This document shows, one piece after another, positions 1 through 13,996 of a stretch of 64,000 nucleotides of DNA. Every line of letters begins with the position of its first letter. Within the stretch, counting starts at the first letter, position 1. This DNA is from Octopus vulgaris (lineage: Eukaryota). A program made the translations under genes and the position numbers. Below the pieces are notes generated by a model. It worked only from the letters and a program-made list of their open reading frames with translations, was not told the DNA's origin and searched no databases. Location of the stretch: contig OX597831.1 in NCBI GenBank assembly GCA_951406725.2, forward strand, positions 59,892,001 through 59,956,000, given 5' to 3'.

Positions 1-21
1 ATAATAATAATAATAATAATG

Positions 22-88
<67 letters not shown>

Positions 89-106
89 TAATAATAATAA
101 TAATAA
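1..106 (+). repeat. (TAA)n microsatellite, target tract of the downstream Dong-like element
   Basis: Nearly pure AAT repeats read directly. Confidence 0.98.
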
Positions 107-1891
107 AGTGAATTAAACAGAACAAGGTATGTGTATAAAATTGCCAATACAAAAATAAGCGATCTATTTTATATGGATGACTTAAAACTTTGTGGTAAAG
201 ACAATAATGAACTTGAAGGCCTATTGCGCACTGTGAAAGCATTCAGCGATGACATCGGGATGGATTTTGGACTTGAGAAGTGTGCCAAGGCCACTTTCCA
301 GAAAGGGAAAGTGAAGACCACAAATTCAGTCGTGTTAGATGTTGACACAGTCATAAGAGACCTTGAGCAAGAACAAACATACAAATATTTAGGGATAAAC
401 GAAGGCTCTGGTATTCAGCATGCAAGCATGAAAGAGAAGATCAGGACGGAATGTTATAGGAGAGTTCGTGCAGTCCTGAAATCTGAACTAAATGCACGTA
501 ACAAGGTGTTAGCTATAAATTCTTTAGCAGTTCCAGTTGTTACTTATAGCTACAATGTGTTGAACTGGAATATGAGTGAAGTAAAGAATATAGATAGGAA
601 AAGACGCAAGCTGCTGAGTTGTAATAGGATGCACCACCCAAAGGCAGACGTAGATCGCCTTTACCTTCCCAGAGCCCAAGGAGGTCGAGGTCTGATCCAA
701 TTTGAACTAGCTTACAAAACAACCACAATTGGACTGGCCAAATATCTCGAAATATCGAATGACTGGATGCTAAAGCTCGTGGAAAATCACGAGAGACGAA
801 AGAAGCTTCATTCTATCATAAAGGAAAGCAAAAAATTTGCTATTGATCTCGTGCAGGATACCCAAACTGAACAACCCGAGGGAAGTACGGCAACTATTGT
901 TGCAAAGAAGGTGAAATTGATGGCAACGAAAAAAGCGCACGAGCAATTGGCTGATAGGTGGGAGGAGAAACCTCTGCACGGCAAATATATGACCCGCAGC
1001 AAACAAGCTGATATTGACCAGAAGCAAACCCATCAGTGGCTACGGAGCTCAGGGCTAAAAGCAGAGAGCGAAGGTTTCATCCTGGCTGCTCAAGATCAAA
1101 GCCTATTAACCCGGAACTACCAGGCCAATGTGATGAAAAATGGAGCAGACCCAAAATGCCGATTCTGCAACGACATGATTGAAACAGTGGACCACCTAAT
1201 CTCTGGATGTAAAGTCTTAGCACCAGTGGAGTATAAACTAAGACATGACAGAGTTGGCCAATATCTACACTGGCTAATAAGTCGGCATTACAATATCAAA
1301 ACTGCCGACAAGTGGTATAATCACCACCCTGAGGCTGTAACTGAAGGAGAAAATGTAACCATTCTGTGGGACTTTCCAGTACATACAGACCGAACCATCA
1401 AGACCAATAAACCAGATATTGTTGTGAAAGACCAAAACAATAAAGTTTGCTTATTGATCGACATGAGCATCTCCTGTGATCATAATATCTCAGCGAAAGT
1501 GTTTGACAAGCTCAGAAAATATAAAGACCTACTCATTGAAATTGAGAAAATGTGGCATCTCAAGGCGGTTACAATACCAGTGATCGTAGGAGCACTAGGA
1601 ATGATCAAGAAGGGAACCGAAAATTATATGAGAATGATCCCTGGCTTACCATCCCTGCAAGAAGTGCAAAAGATTGTCTTAACTGGTACATCACACGTAT
1701 TGAGAAGAGCATTGTCGATGTGAGAACTGTTGCTGCTCATGTATTTTAATTTAACTTAAATAAAAAAAAAAGGAACGAACTATTGAGTTTGGTTTAATGG
1801 CCTACCAATATATACTATGAGTTTCTTTGCCCTAGGAGTCGGGAAGACACTCGGCAAGAAATGGAAGCAAATTTGAAAGAGGAAAAAAAAA

Positions 1892-1892
<1 letters not shown>
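107..1892 (+). mobile_element. 5'-truncated R4/Dong-clade non-LTR retrotransposon inserted in (TAA)n
   Basis: Flanked by (TAA)n on both sides. It carries an RT C-terminal ORF, an RLE domain and a ~170 bp 3' UTR ending in an A-run. Dong/R4 elements are known to target (TAA)n. Confidence 0.92.
131..1723 (+). CDS. C-terminal part of a retrotransposon polyprotein: RT (YMDD) + CCHC zinc knuckle + restriction-like endonuclease
   Basis: Motifs FYMDDLKL, YKYLG, CRFCNDMIETVDHLISGC, RHD, KPDIVVKD and KLRKY. The frame is open back to the truncation point near 110, so the GTG is not a true start. Confidence 0.93.
   Translation: MYKIANTKISDLFYMDDLKLCGKDNNELEGLLRTVKAFSDDIGMDFGLEKCAKATFQKGKVKTTNSVVLDVDTVIRDLEQEQTYKYLGINEGSGIQHASMKEKIRTECYRRVRAVLKSELNARNKVLAINSLAVPVVTYSYNVLNWNMSEVKNIDRKRRKLLSCNRMHHPKADVDRLYLPRAQGGRGLIQFELAYKTTTIGLAKYLEISNDWMLKLVENHERRKKLHSIIKESKKFAIDLVQDTQTEQPEGSTATIVAKKVKLMATKKAHEQLADRWEEKPLHGKYMTRSKQADIDQKQTHQWLRSSGLKAESEGFILAAQDQSLLTRNYQANVMKNGADPKCRFCNDMIETVDHLISGCKVLAPVEYKLRHDRVGQYLHWLISRHYNIKTADKWYNHHPEAVTEGENVTILWDFPVHTDRTIKTNKPDIVVKDQNNKVCLLIDMSISCDHNISAKVFDKLRKYKDLLIEIEKMWHLKAVTIPVIVGALGMIKKGTENYMRMIPGLPSLQEVQKIVLTGTSHVLRRALSM

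Positions 1893-1968
<76 letters not shown>
1893..1968 (+). repeat. (TAA)n microsatellite
   Basis: Direct reading. Confidence 0.98.
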
Positions 1969-2627
<659 letters not shown>

Positions 2628-3144
2628 TATTGGAACACTGATTGGAAGTGTCATCATGTACATTGTTTTGTCTTGGTATAAAAGATGGGCTACAGCAAAT
2701 ATTCTGCTCAATACCACAGATTTGCTTGTCAGTTGTTTGACCTTAACCAGTTGAGCACGTCCCTTAGTGGCTGAAAATACGTGCATCTCTGATCACAAGC
2801 ATAAGTAGTGGGGGAGCATCATAGCCATGTGTTGAGAGGGATTCTTTGGAGTTTGAATAATTCACCTCTGGAAACATAGGTGTTTCATTCAACATCCTAA
2901 AGCAGCCCTTATTCAGGGACCTTTTGAGCAGGATGGGCTACTCGACCTGAAGAAAATTCTAACTGGGCCCCACCTGCAAGGTCATGTGCTGTTTATCTTG
3001 ATATGAGATCACCATGTTGCGCACATATGGTTGTGATGCATGTGCCTGGTGTACCCTTATCAGACGGGTAGTCATGATGGGTATGCTGGGCTTCGTATAT
3101 TTTACCCCAGTGTCACTTTGATGGCATGCACTGCTCTCTCACTC
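2628..3144. mobile_element. Non-coding ~520 bp interspersed element between (TAA)n tracts, probably the 3' end or a non-autonomous derivative of a TAA-targeting retroelement
   Basis: GC-richer unique block bounded exactly by (TAA)n tracts, like its neighbours. No recognisable protein motif. Confidence 0.5.
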
Positions 3145-3199
<55 letters not shown>

Positions 3200-3211
3200 T
3201 ATAATAATAAT

Positions 3212-3282
<71 letters not shown>

Positions 3283-3298
3283 TAATAATAATAATAAT
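3145..3298 (+). repeat. (TAA)n microsatellite
   Basis: Direct reading. Confidence 0.98.
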
Positions 3299-4011
3299 TT
3301 TATTTTCTTTGCAGCTGCAGTTGGCGCATTTCCTTCAGCCTGCTCAATCTGGTGGGCATCTAAGAGATCAGCAGCGAATTTTTTGCTCTCTTTGAGAATA
3401 GAGTGAAGTTTTTTGTTGGTATTTCATGTTTTTCAACAAGTTTTAGCATCCAATAGTTGGTTGCTTCAAGGTATTTGGTCAGTCCGATTGTATTGGTTTT
3501 GTATGTAAGTTCAAGCTGGATCAAACCTCGACCTCCCTGGGCTCTGGGAAGGTAAAGGCGATCCACGTCTGCCTTTGGATGGTGCATCTTATTACAAGTC
3601 AGTAGCTGGTGGATTTTTCTGTCAAATTTCATTATTTCACTGGTATTCCAGTTAAGCACATTGAAGCTATAAAGAACAACTGGTACTGCTAAGGAATTTA
3701 TGGCTAAAACCTTATTATATGCTTCAGCTCAGGCTTCAGGACTGCTCGAACTCTTCTATAACATTATTTCCAAACCTTCTCTTTCATGCTTGCATGCTGG
3801 ATACCAGAGCCTTCATTTATTCCTAGGTATTTGTAGGTTTTTTGAACATCCATCCATGAATTTATTTATTTATTAATTTTTAAATACATATATTTTATCT
3901 GTGAATATGCGCGTGTAATCTGGGAATGCATACAATGCCCTTCTCTGCCCTAGGTGTATGGAAAACACTCGGCGAGAAACGGAAGAAAATTTGAAGGAAG
4001 ATGGAAAAAAC
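3299..4011. mobile_element. Dong-like element with an inverted 5' segment (3299-3846 minus, RT thumb region) and a sense 3' UTR (~3850-4011)
   Basis: The reverse complement of 3299-3846 matches ~368-918 of element 1 (YKYLGINEGSGIQHASMKE, MHHPKADVDRLYLPRAQGGRGLIQ). 3945-4010 matches the element 1 3' UTR (gccctagg..cactcggc.agaaa.ggaag.aaatttgaa). Confidence 0.88.
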
Positions 4012-4754
4012 ATAATAATAATATTAATAATAATAATTATAGTAACAACAACCCTTTAATGTTCGGACTACTACATAAGCAACGGTAAGAATGAGTGGAA
4101 TGGAATGCATTGTACTACTGATAACAACAATACTAACATTGGAAATTATGCATTTTGCATTTTTATATTATACTGAGGGGAAAGATTAAAAAATTGCGGC
4201 AAATCTTCTTACGAACTAAGCTACAACCGAAGCCTGGATTATCTATCCCATCCTTCGGAGGTAAAAGTAAACGCACTCACAGAAATACTAATAACACCAA
4301 TGAAAATAACCAAACACATGCCTGAGTACATGTACACTCCTTTCAACATCCGTGGTGTGCATACACACGTGTGTATATGTGAGTGTGCTTGAGCGTGTGT
4401 GTGTGTGTGTATATACCTATATACAGCTATTTATATAGATGCACTCAAGTAAAACCATTCATGTAGCTGGCATACACCCACTCATACACATATTTACAAC
4501 ACATACAGACACACACACACATCTCATCTGGTTATACATGTACATAGTTTTTTGTATATTTGCTGGAATGACTAAGTTTTATTAAGAAACGTTTAGTTTG
4601 AGGATAGCTTAATAGAAGCAAAAACATGCGGTTTCTTTTTCCGTTTGGCTATTTTTCGTTTCATCTACCTTTTATTTTTGTTTTTCGATTCGCATATATT
4701 TCCGGGTGATATTATATATCTTTTCCTACATGTGTCTACATAGAAATGCATTGG

Positions 4755-5317
<563 letters not shown>

Positions 5318-5752
5318 TATGCATATGCATGCACACGCACCCACACGCACAATTATATAAAATTATTATAGACAGCAGTTTGCATTGTTTTACCACAAAG
5401 TAGAATTATAAATGTGACTAAATGGGACTTAGGTGTTTTTTAACACCCTAGTCACATTTGGTGACATTTGTAAGCTCCTGTATATATATGTATATATGAA
5501 GCATGTTGGTATTGCTGCGCTTATCTGTGTTTCCCACCGTGAGGTATGTCTGTCCTCAAATCTTGACTAGAGGAGAACAAATTCTGTCTTGAAGACACCT
5601 ACATCTAACTCATATATGACTCTCGGACCTTTGGGGACGATATTGAAGACATCTTCTGAGTTTGGTAAATATGTATGTATGTATGTATGTATCTATGTAT
5701 ATATCTATCCATCTGTCCGGCTATCTATCTATTTATCTATCTATCTATGTAT

Positions 5753-5811
<59 letters not shown>

Positions 5812-6033
5812 AGATGAGAAAATAGAGAGAGATAAGTAATAAATTATTATATTTATTAATTATATCTCTATTTTCTGATCTCATTATAATAAATAAATAT
5901 GTATAAACTACGGTTTATATCGTTACGTTGCAGTTGAGTATTCACTCTTATGTTCAACATCATATGTACAGGTAACCAACCATTACTGTCATAGGTTTCT
6001 GCTATCTCTGAAGGTCTGTAAACTATATTTGTG

Positions 6034-6087
<54 letters not shown>

Positions 6088-6522
6088 AAGCGAACTATTT
6101 CAATCATGAAACTGGAGGAACTAATCAACATGAATAACTTATCTTCAACTCCAAGATAGAATTGATAGTTACGCAAAAGATCTAAATCCTAATGACTCTC
6201 ACCCTCATCGAGGGAACTTATTTTATGGAAAAATACGTAGTGCTATTCTAAATCATTCGCAACATGTATTATAGACGCACTTACGAAAAGCAACCGCAAA
6301 AAAATTTAACATATCAATATGTAATGGGACCCGTTGTTCTGATATTACTGTTTATGTTCTCACATACACACACCTACACACACAGACACAAACACGCACA
6401 ATCATAGACACCCCCACACAAATACACATACATACTTTTAATAATATTTGGTTAAAAACCGAATTATAATATTAAAAACTCAGAGTAAGTCACCTAACAT
6501 TTTATGACAATGTAGTTAATAA

Positions 6523-6868
6523 TATTGTTGTTTTTAGGAATGGTCATTTTGCCAGTTTAGCCAATAAAAGCACACGTACTATATATTTGGTGTTACTTTG
6601 CTTCAGGGTTATTTATTTTTTACATTAATCTTAATCTAATTTCGGCCAGAGTTCTTTCGTCACACTCCTGTGACTGCATCAGTGGCTTTGCTTTCTTCTT
6701 TCTTATTTGCGTGTCTCTCCTTACTAACCGCTGAAGCAAAGTAACACCAAATATATAGTGCGTGTGTTTGTATTGGCTAAACTGGCAAAATGGGCATTCC
6801 TAAATGCAACAATATATGTTACAACACATGATTTCACATCAAAAATCTTGCAAAACAAATATATAAAC
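6523..6868. mobile_element. Penelope-like (PLE) terminal-repeat remnant with inverted structure and an 11-bp TSD
   Basis: 6522-6606 and 6731-6815 form an ~85 bp inverted repeat. GTAGTTAATAA occurs at 6512-6522 and 6869-6879. There is a hammerhead-like motif at 6645-6686 (minus). Same family as 34410-34628. Confidence 0.7.
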
Positions 6869-8518
6869 GTAGTTAATAACAATCATGAGTTAACAGATAA
6901 TCAGATGTAATTGTAACCAAAACTATTTGAAGCCCAATCAATAAAATTAGAAAATTTAGTTTAGTTCAGAACTTCAATCCGTACAATATTTATTTGAGAA
7001 ATTTATTGTACACAGAATTTTTCTAATGGTTTTAAATGGTAATTTCGTTCGCTTGTCAGTTCTGCACTACTTCAATTTCAGTGTTCGATGTCTGAAAACT
7101 TGCTATGGTAAACATATTGAATGTCCAAATGTCTGATTTATTTATAGTCATGTAATGTCTCTATAAACATGTCGAAAATAAAATTTTGGTAAAATTTGAG
7201 GATATCTTGTCTGCTTTGTTGCAAATCGATGTTGAATGTGTGAATAACAAAAGCACGTCTATAGCTCATGTGAAGTTTTCAAAATGTCATCGGTGATGAC
7301 ACGCAGTTAGTAAGGAATATGATTCTAACAATTGAAGAAATCAGCGAAAATGTGTGATGAAGGTGGTTACTAAATGGCTGAATTGGTTCCGTACATCCGT
7401 CTTCGATTCTGTTCATTCTCACTCACTCACTCACTCACACACTCACTCACTCACTCACTCATCCAATCATTCAACCGCTCACTCACTTACTCTCTCACTC
7501 ACTCTTTCAAGTAATTCACTTTCTCACACAGTCACTCTCTTACACACACAGTCTCTACCCGTGCATACATACCTACACGCATGCATACATACACACACAC
7601 ATCCATATGTATATACATACATATAAACATACATACACTCACATATACTAATAGTGAATGCGAGGGAATGAGTCTAACTAAAAGAAAATGCTTTGCAGAA
7701 TCATTAACACGTCGAGTCAAATGTTTAGCAGCCTTTCGTGCGTCTTTAAGTTTTGAGTTCCAGTTTCGCTGATGTCGTCATCGATTTCACTAAAATAAGT
7801 ACCAGTTGAGCACTACGGTCGATGTAATCAACATAAAAATCTACCCCAAATTACTGGCTTTGCTCCAAAATTTGAAGCCTTCATATTAAACTCTGCTACT
7901 GAAACCAGTATTTATAATCACGCCTGATAATTCTAAATAATACCGACAAAATACGGAACACGGATTCTACAATTCGAGACAGACGCCCGTACATATAAAA
8001 GTTATTTTCTAAGGAAATCAAGTACGTGATTTTACTGAAAGAAGTGTCGAGACTCTCGGGGGTATTGTATGATTAAGTTTAAGTTACATATGAAGATATG
8101 ACCAAGCGTATTTTCAGGTAACAGCCGATGGTATAAACAATGTGTCTTGCGTATTAAGGGATCGATAATTCGTATGCTTGCATAACATCATTATTTGCAT
8201 ATATATTTGCATCGTTTATTGTACTCTTCTATCCATCTATCCATCCATCCATCCATCCATCTATCCATTTATCTATTTATCTATCTATATATCGATATAT
8301 ATCGATATACATATATATATATATTATTAATAGATTTAATAGATATTTATTAATAGATTTTTAATAAATTTTTATATACACACGGTGACATATAACCAAC
8401 TTTGAACCCCTTATTCGCATAATCACCGAACCTGGAATTTAACAACTGTCTATCTATAGCACTTATTCAGCATTACCTGACACCTTTGGTTCTCGATGAC
8501 ACCATTACCTCTCATAAC

Positions 8519-8565
<47 letters not shown>

Positions 8566-8569
8566 ACGA

Positions 8570-9840
8570 AAAGATGTATTAGAAAGCCCTAATTAATCTT
8601 ATCAAACCTGGTACTTATATTATTACATATTCATATTAATCCTCAAACTTTACCACAAGTTTATCAAAGTTTATAAAAATATATTAATTGTAAGCAAATA
8701 TTTGATTATAAAATATTCAGATGATAAGACTTACGAAGCTGGTATGAACATAAATGTAACTGACGATAAGGAATATCTGCAACAAGCATATGAAGCAGAA
8801 TATGAAATATATGTCCTTTCATGGAAATACATCACAGACAGCTCTGAATATTAATAGAGCATTTGCTTCTAAAGTTTTTAGACGGCAAACTGTATCCAAT
8901 TGGTTTGCAGAATTTCGTTCTGTAAACTTTGGCCTCAAAAATGAGCAACGTGGTCGACCAAACAAAGGAGGATAACAACGAACTGAAAGCCACTGTCGAG
9001 TCAGTTCCATTTCAAAGTACCCGTGAATTATCGTTTGTTGTTTGGTGTTAGCAAGCAAACAATATTGACTCAAGTAGTTCAAATCTGCAAAGTGAAAAAC
9101 TGGATAAGTATGTTCAACATGAAGTCAATGGAATGAGAAACAGCAACGATTGGAAGCCCGAATTATGCTATTTTCTCGTTACAAAATTGAATTATTTTTC
9201 AATCGAATTCTTACATGTGATGAGAAACGCATCCAATACAACAACCGTAAGCGTTCAGCGCAATGTTTGGACGATCCACCAAAACACAGTCCAAAACACA
9301 AGATTCATAAAATAGAAGCTGACGATGTGTGTTTGGTGGTCTGGTGCTGCAATGTTGGGGGGGGGGCAACTTTGGTGCTACATTAAAAGAAGGTCATCAA
9401 ACACGGTCGAGATATACTGCTGCTAAGTGGACCAAATAATGCAGACACAAAAGAAAAAGCCAAGATTAGTCAACAGATTCACTCCTATATTTATTGCAAG
9501 ACAACGCTAGGCCACACATCGCAAAAATGACATTGGTAAAACTACAGGATTTGGAGTTGGAGGTTCTCCATCATTCATTATACTCACCGGATCTAACCTC
9601 CATTGGCTATCAGTTTTTCAAGAATTTGGATAAATTTCTGACAGGGAAAAAATAATAAAATTCAGCCAATGCTGTAAAACCGGCGTTCCAAGATTTTATT
9701 GACTCTAGATTGGCAGGCTTTCAGAGTTCCGGGCTGGACAGACTACCGCTGAAATGGCAGAAGGGTTTTGACAATATGGGTGGATATTTTTGACAAATAA
9801 ACATTTTAAATTTTCTACAGGTTTTATAATACTTGACGAC

Positions 9841-9845
<5 letters not shown>
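8570..9845 (+). mobile_element. Degenerate Tc1/mariner (DD34D-type) transposon
   Basis: Frameshifted transposase motifs: HTH region (TVSNWFAEFRS..KNEQRGRP), ILTCDEK, LQDNARPH (~9494), YSPDL (~9580), KWQK..GGYF. A TIR-like 3' end (ACTTGACGACCTAATA) abuts (TA)n. Confidence 0.9.
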
Positions 9846-9906
<61 letters not shown>

Positions 9907-9990
9907 ATATATTAGTATATATATATTAGTATATATATATATATAGTATATATATATATATATATATTTATGTATATATATATATATTTG

Positions 9991-10026
<36 letters not shown>

Positions 10027-10064
10027 TGTATATATATATCTATATCTATATCTCTCTATCTCTC

Positions 10065-10139
<75 letters not shown>

Positions 10140-10140
10140 G

Positions 10141-10195
<55 letters not shown>
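9846..10195. repeat. (TA)n-rich microsatellite
   Basis: Direct reading. Confidence 0.95.
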
Positions 10196-10197
<2 letters not shown>

Positions 10198-10198
<1 letters not shown>

Positions 10199-10347
10199 CA
10201 GACTTGTTTCAGTTTCCGACTAACAGATCCACTCACAATGCCTTGCTCGGCCCGAGGGTATAGTAAAAGACACTTACCTAAGGGACTGAACCCAGAACCA
10301 TGTGGCTGGTAAGCAAGCTATTTCCCCCACAGCAACTCCTGCGCCTA
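10198..10347 (-). mobile_element. 5' part of a tRNA-derived SINE (same family as 13997-14404)
   Basis: The reverse complement begins GGCGCAGGAGTTGCTGTG..AGCTTGCTTACCAGCCACATGGTTCTGGGTTCAGTCCC. Confidence 0.8.
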
Positions 10348-11477
10348 TATCTATATTAATATATATATATATATACGTGCATATTTTCAAATATATGACC
10401 ACCAAGTTGTATATAAATATATGTATACATGCTTACGTACACAGGTATATTCATACACTTAAATTGGCAAACATACAATATCAGTGCTCAGAAAATTTAA
10501 ATTTCATATCAATTAGTCGCACCAGCTGCAACATCTTTTATGGAAGACACAGTTAGAAATTCACAATCATCTTTACAATCATTCAAATCATAATTTTTCT
10601 ACTTGAAAAGCGTAATTTTACAATTCATGTGAAATACACAAAAACACTCTCACATGTAAACATCCATACATTCACATAGCTCTTCTTTGGTATTCCATCT
10701 TTTCTTCATTTACTAAGCGGATTCCTCTAATGTAAGTGAACACTGATTTGTCGCTTTGTATGTCACTCTATTTCTCGGAATGCTACTATGTGGTTGTATA
10801 TAGATGTATATACGTGTGTTTCTTGTCTGTATGCGTAGATAAACTTGCACTCTTACTGGGTGTTTGTTTGTTAATATAATAAATATGTATTAATGATCAC
10901 CTCAGTGCCTACACTCCCCATAGTAGTGAGTACTTTTGAACAATATTTGAAATATATAACTATCAACTTTATATAAAAACAAATATTCTCATTGTCTTTC
11001 TATGCAAGATTTTATTTTACAAAATAGTTAAAGATACACTTCCAGATACTGAACAGCTGTCATTTGCAGCAGCATATTGTATGGGGTATGTCCCCGAAAA
11101 CATTTTCAACACAAATCTCTTTAAAATCCTAAACTATGTCGTTTGAAAGGGATTTGTATGAATTTTCATTAAAAGGCACCCATTTTTCCTAAAAGTTATG
11201 AGGTAAAAAGTCAGATCATGGGAATTTTCTAAAACTCCTCTCTCCACTCCCTCGGAAAAATTCCTTCCGATAAATCCCTATATATTCTGAAGGCACAACA
11301 TCTAAGCGGTATTTGTAGCAAATTATGTTAAACTGTATCCCTTGTTCTGGATGTTATAAAGCAAAAAATTCGGGGGTGTATACATCTTTAGTAATGCCCT
11401 TTTACTTGTACGATTTTTTTCATTTCATGTATATTTCATTCATTGTTTGCAATGTTCTTTCTCCCCACCTCTCTCAC

Positions 11478-11508
<31 letters not shown>

Positions 11509-11843
11509 CACTGCAAAGGTTTAATTTGGGCTGCTGAATTGTAATCTCTATGTTAATTGAGGGGGATGTAAAACTTGAGAAATTGCTTCTCCCATTATTG
11601 TTGGACTGCCGTGATGTTTGTTTAAGAGATATTAAGACTGTGATAAAATAATGAAAGCAATATTTACTAAGCAAGTGAACATTATTATAGAAAGAAATAT
11701 TTAGACGTAAAATATAAAAATTATTAGAATTGGGAATGAAATGTGAAATTATTATCAATGGGCTAGCAGAAAAAAGCATGGAGGGCGGCTTTTCTGCTAC
11801 TTATTAAATAAGATAATAGCGTAGTCTAGATTACATAGAAAAA

Positions 11844-12552
11844 TGGAAAAGTACAGGACAAGTTATTACACTTTGAAAAGGTCAGGACAAGTTATTATAT
11901 CTGGTAAAGTAGAGAACAAGAAGAGTTTCACTTAAAATATTGCAACTAAGGATAAAATTTGAATATTAAAAAGTACCATCATTTTGTTATGATATTGACA
12001 CGCTAGAATACATTAAATATGAGAGCCAGAGGTATGAATATAGCTAAAGTTTTATTCAAAGTATAATAGTATATATGGTAGGCAAATTCATTATGTAAAA
12101 ATAAGCATTGGGTCAAGACTAAAAATAGCAAGACTTGGTAATTACTTAGGCAATATTTTACTGTGACTTTGTTGTTATAGGTAGATTTTACTGTAACATA
12201 TAACTAATGTTTGTACTATTTTATTTAATGTACTAATTATGTACTGCTATTATTTTTTATAATCTATTTTTAAAAATATAATTATCAATTAATAATTAAC
12301 AATGAGTTTTTTCAACTGCATAAAATAATTTAACTGATTAATCTTTTATTTTTAGTAGACGTAACAAGTAATAACAAACAGAAGTAATAACTTGTGATAA
12401 AATTTTAAATTTATATGATAATATTTTCTACATCTAGATATTTCATTTGAAATGTTATCCTTAGTTGCAATATTTTAAGTAAAACGTTTCTCGTTCTGTA
12501 CTTTACTTGTCCTGAACGTTTTCAGGTGTAATAATTGTCCTGTACTTTTCCA
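11844..12552. mobile_element. MITE/foldback-like element with ~120 bp imperfect terminal inverted repeats
   Basis: TGGAAAAGTACAGGACAA..CTTAAAATATTGCAACTAAGGATAA (11844-11955) is mirrored by TTATCCTTAGTTGCAATATTTTAAG..TTGTCCTGTACTTTTCCA (12455-12552). Confidence 0.65.
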
Positions 12553-13996
12553 GTGTTGTAATTGTAAGAATATTATTTTTCTTGCTCGCATTTGCCTATG
12601 TAATATAATTTAAGTGAATAAAAGCGAAATCAAATTGTTTGTGTAAAAGGACGATATCTTTATCCCATATGTTATACAATTCATTCGTTGCTATGAAATG
12701 CATGCCTGAATACATAGAAATATGTTATAATACTCTTATAGTCCAGTCGATTTCCCAAATTCCAAGATTTGAAAGCGAACTTGCGTTATTATTGGTTGCT
12801 ATAATTAGAATGGCAGCGGCATTCTCTGAGCCATTCTTCTGCGTTTGACGTTTAAGACTTTTTCTTATACATGCTCATAAAAATATTGTATGAGCATCTT
12901 TAGTCCTTGATTAGGGTGACTTTACTACACATGTAAATTTAAGTTAGTTTGGGAATACAATTGCTGTTTTGAATAAACTGTGTCCGTCAAAATGTTGTTT
13001 TGTTTAAAGTCGACAAACAGTATCAGTGTTAATTCAAATGTGACTTCATATACTTGATTCCAATTAAGAAATTGTAACATATGCAAATCATAGTAGCTAG
13101 CGTTATTTATAAATATATCCGACTCCTCAATTATAATAAAACCTGAATTTTGCAAAACATAATTGTTTAACATACTCACTCAGTTCTCTATCCCAATGTA
13201 TGCATTCTCCCTCGTAATTTCATTCGTAACTTCAATTTCTCACTCTTATATAATTTACACAGCACTACTTTCCATTTACACTCTACCTAATGGATAAATC
13301 TTTCCTGAAAAGTAAATATAAATCAAACTTTCAAATGAATCGGTGTCATGCAAAAACTGAAGCGGTAACTGCAGATAGTGTCACATAATTGTCACTTAAT
13401 GTGACTATGGTGTTACAAAACACCTACATTGCAAGAAATAAGGGCTAGAATGCTCTAAAGCAGTAGTCAACGCAAACAAATATAAACACATATGCTAACA
13501 GGCGACTTAATCATGTGAAAAGAGCCGATTGAGAATGCGTTATACTGACTTCAGGTTCCGTAATTTCCCTCCACAGTAAGGACTGGCTCGAAATCCAGCT
13601 CTTTCTGGACTTCCTTCTCTACTAGTATGTGCGTTTTCATCATAGAAATCTAGTAATAATTTAGCGATTCGCTAATGTTCATGCATAAAACCTATATTCA
13701 CCTATATTTCACCAAAATGGTAACATAATTGTCGCTAAATCTGACCAGGGTGTTAGAAAACTCCTACATAGCCAGAAATAAGAGCTAAAATGCTTTCATG
13801 CTGTAGTCAACGCATATAAATATATACATATACGCTAAAAGAGACAGTAATCATCCATGTTTATATTTATGTATGTTGACTACAGAATTAGAGCATTTTA
13901 ACTCACGCACTAGTCACGATTAGTCACAATTATAAATCTACTTTTTGGTGAAACATTGCAAACTGTTGTTTGTATTAATTCATACATACATACATA

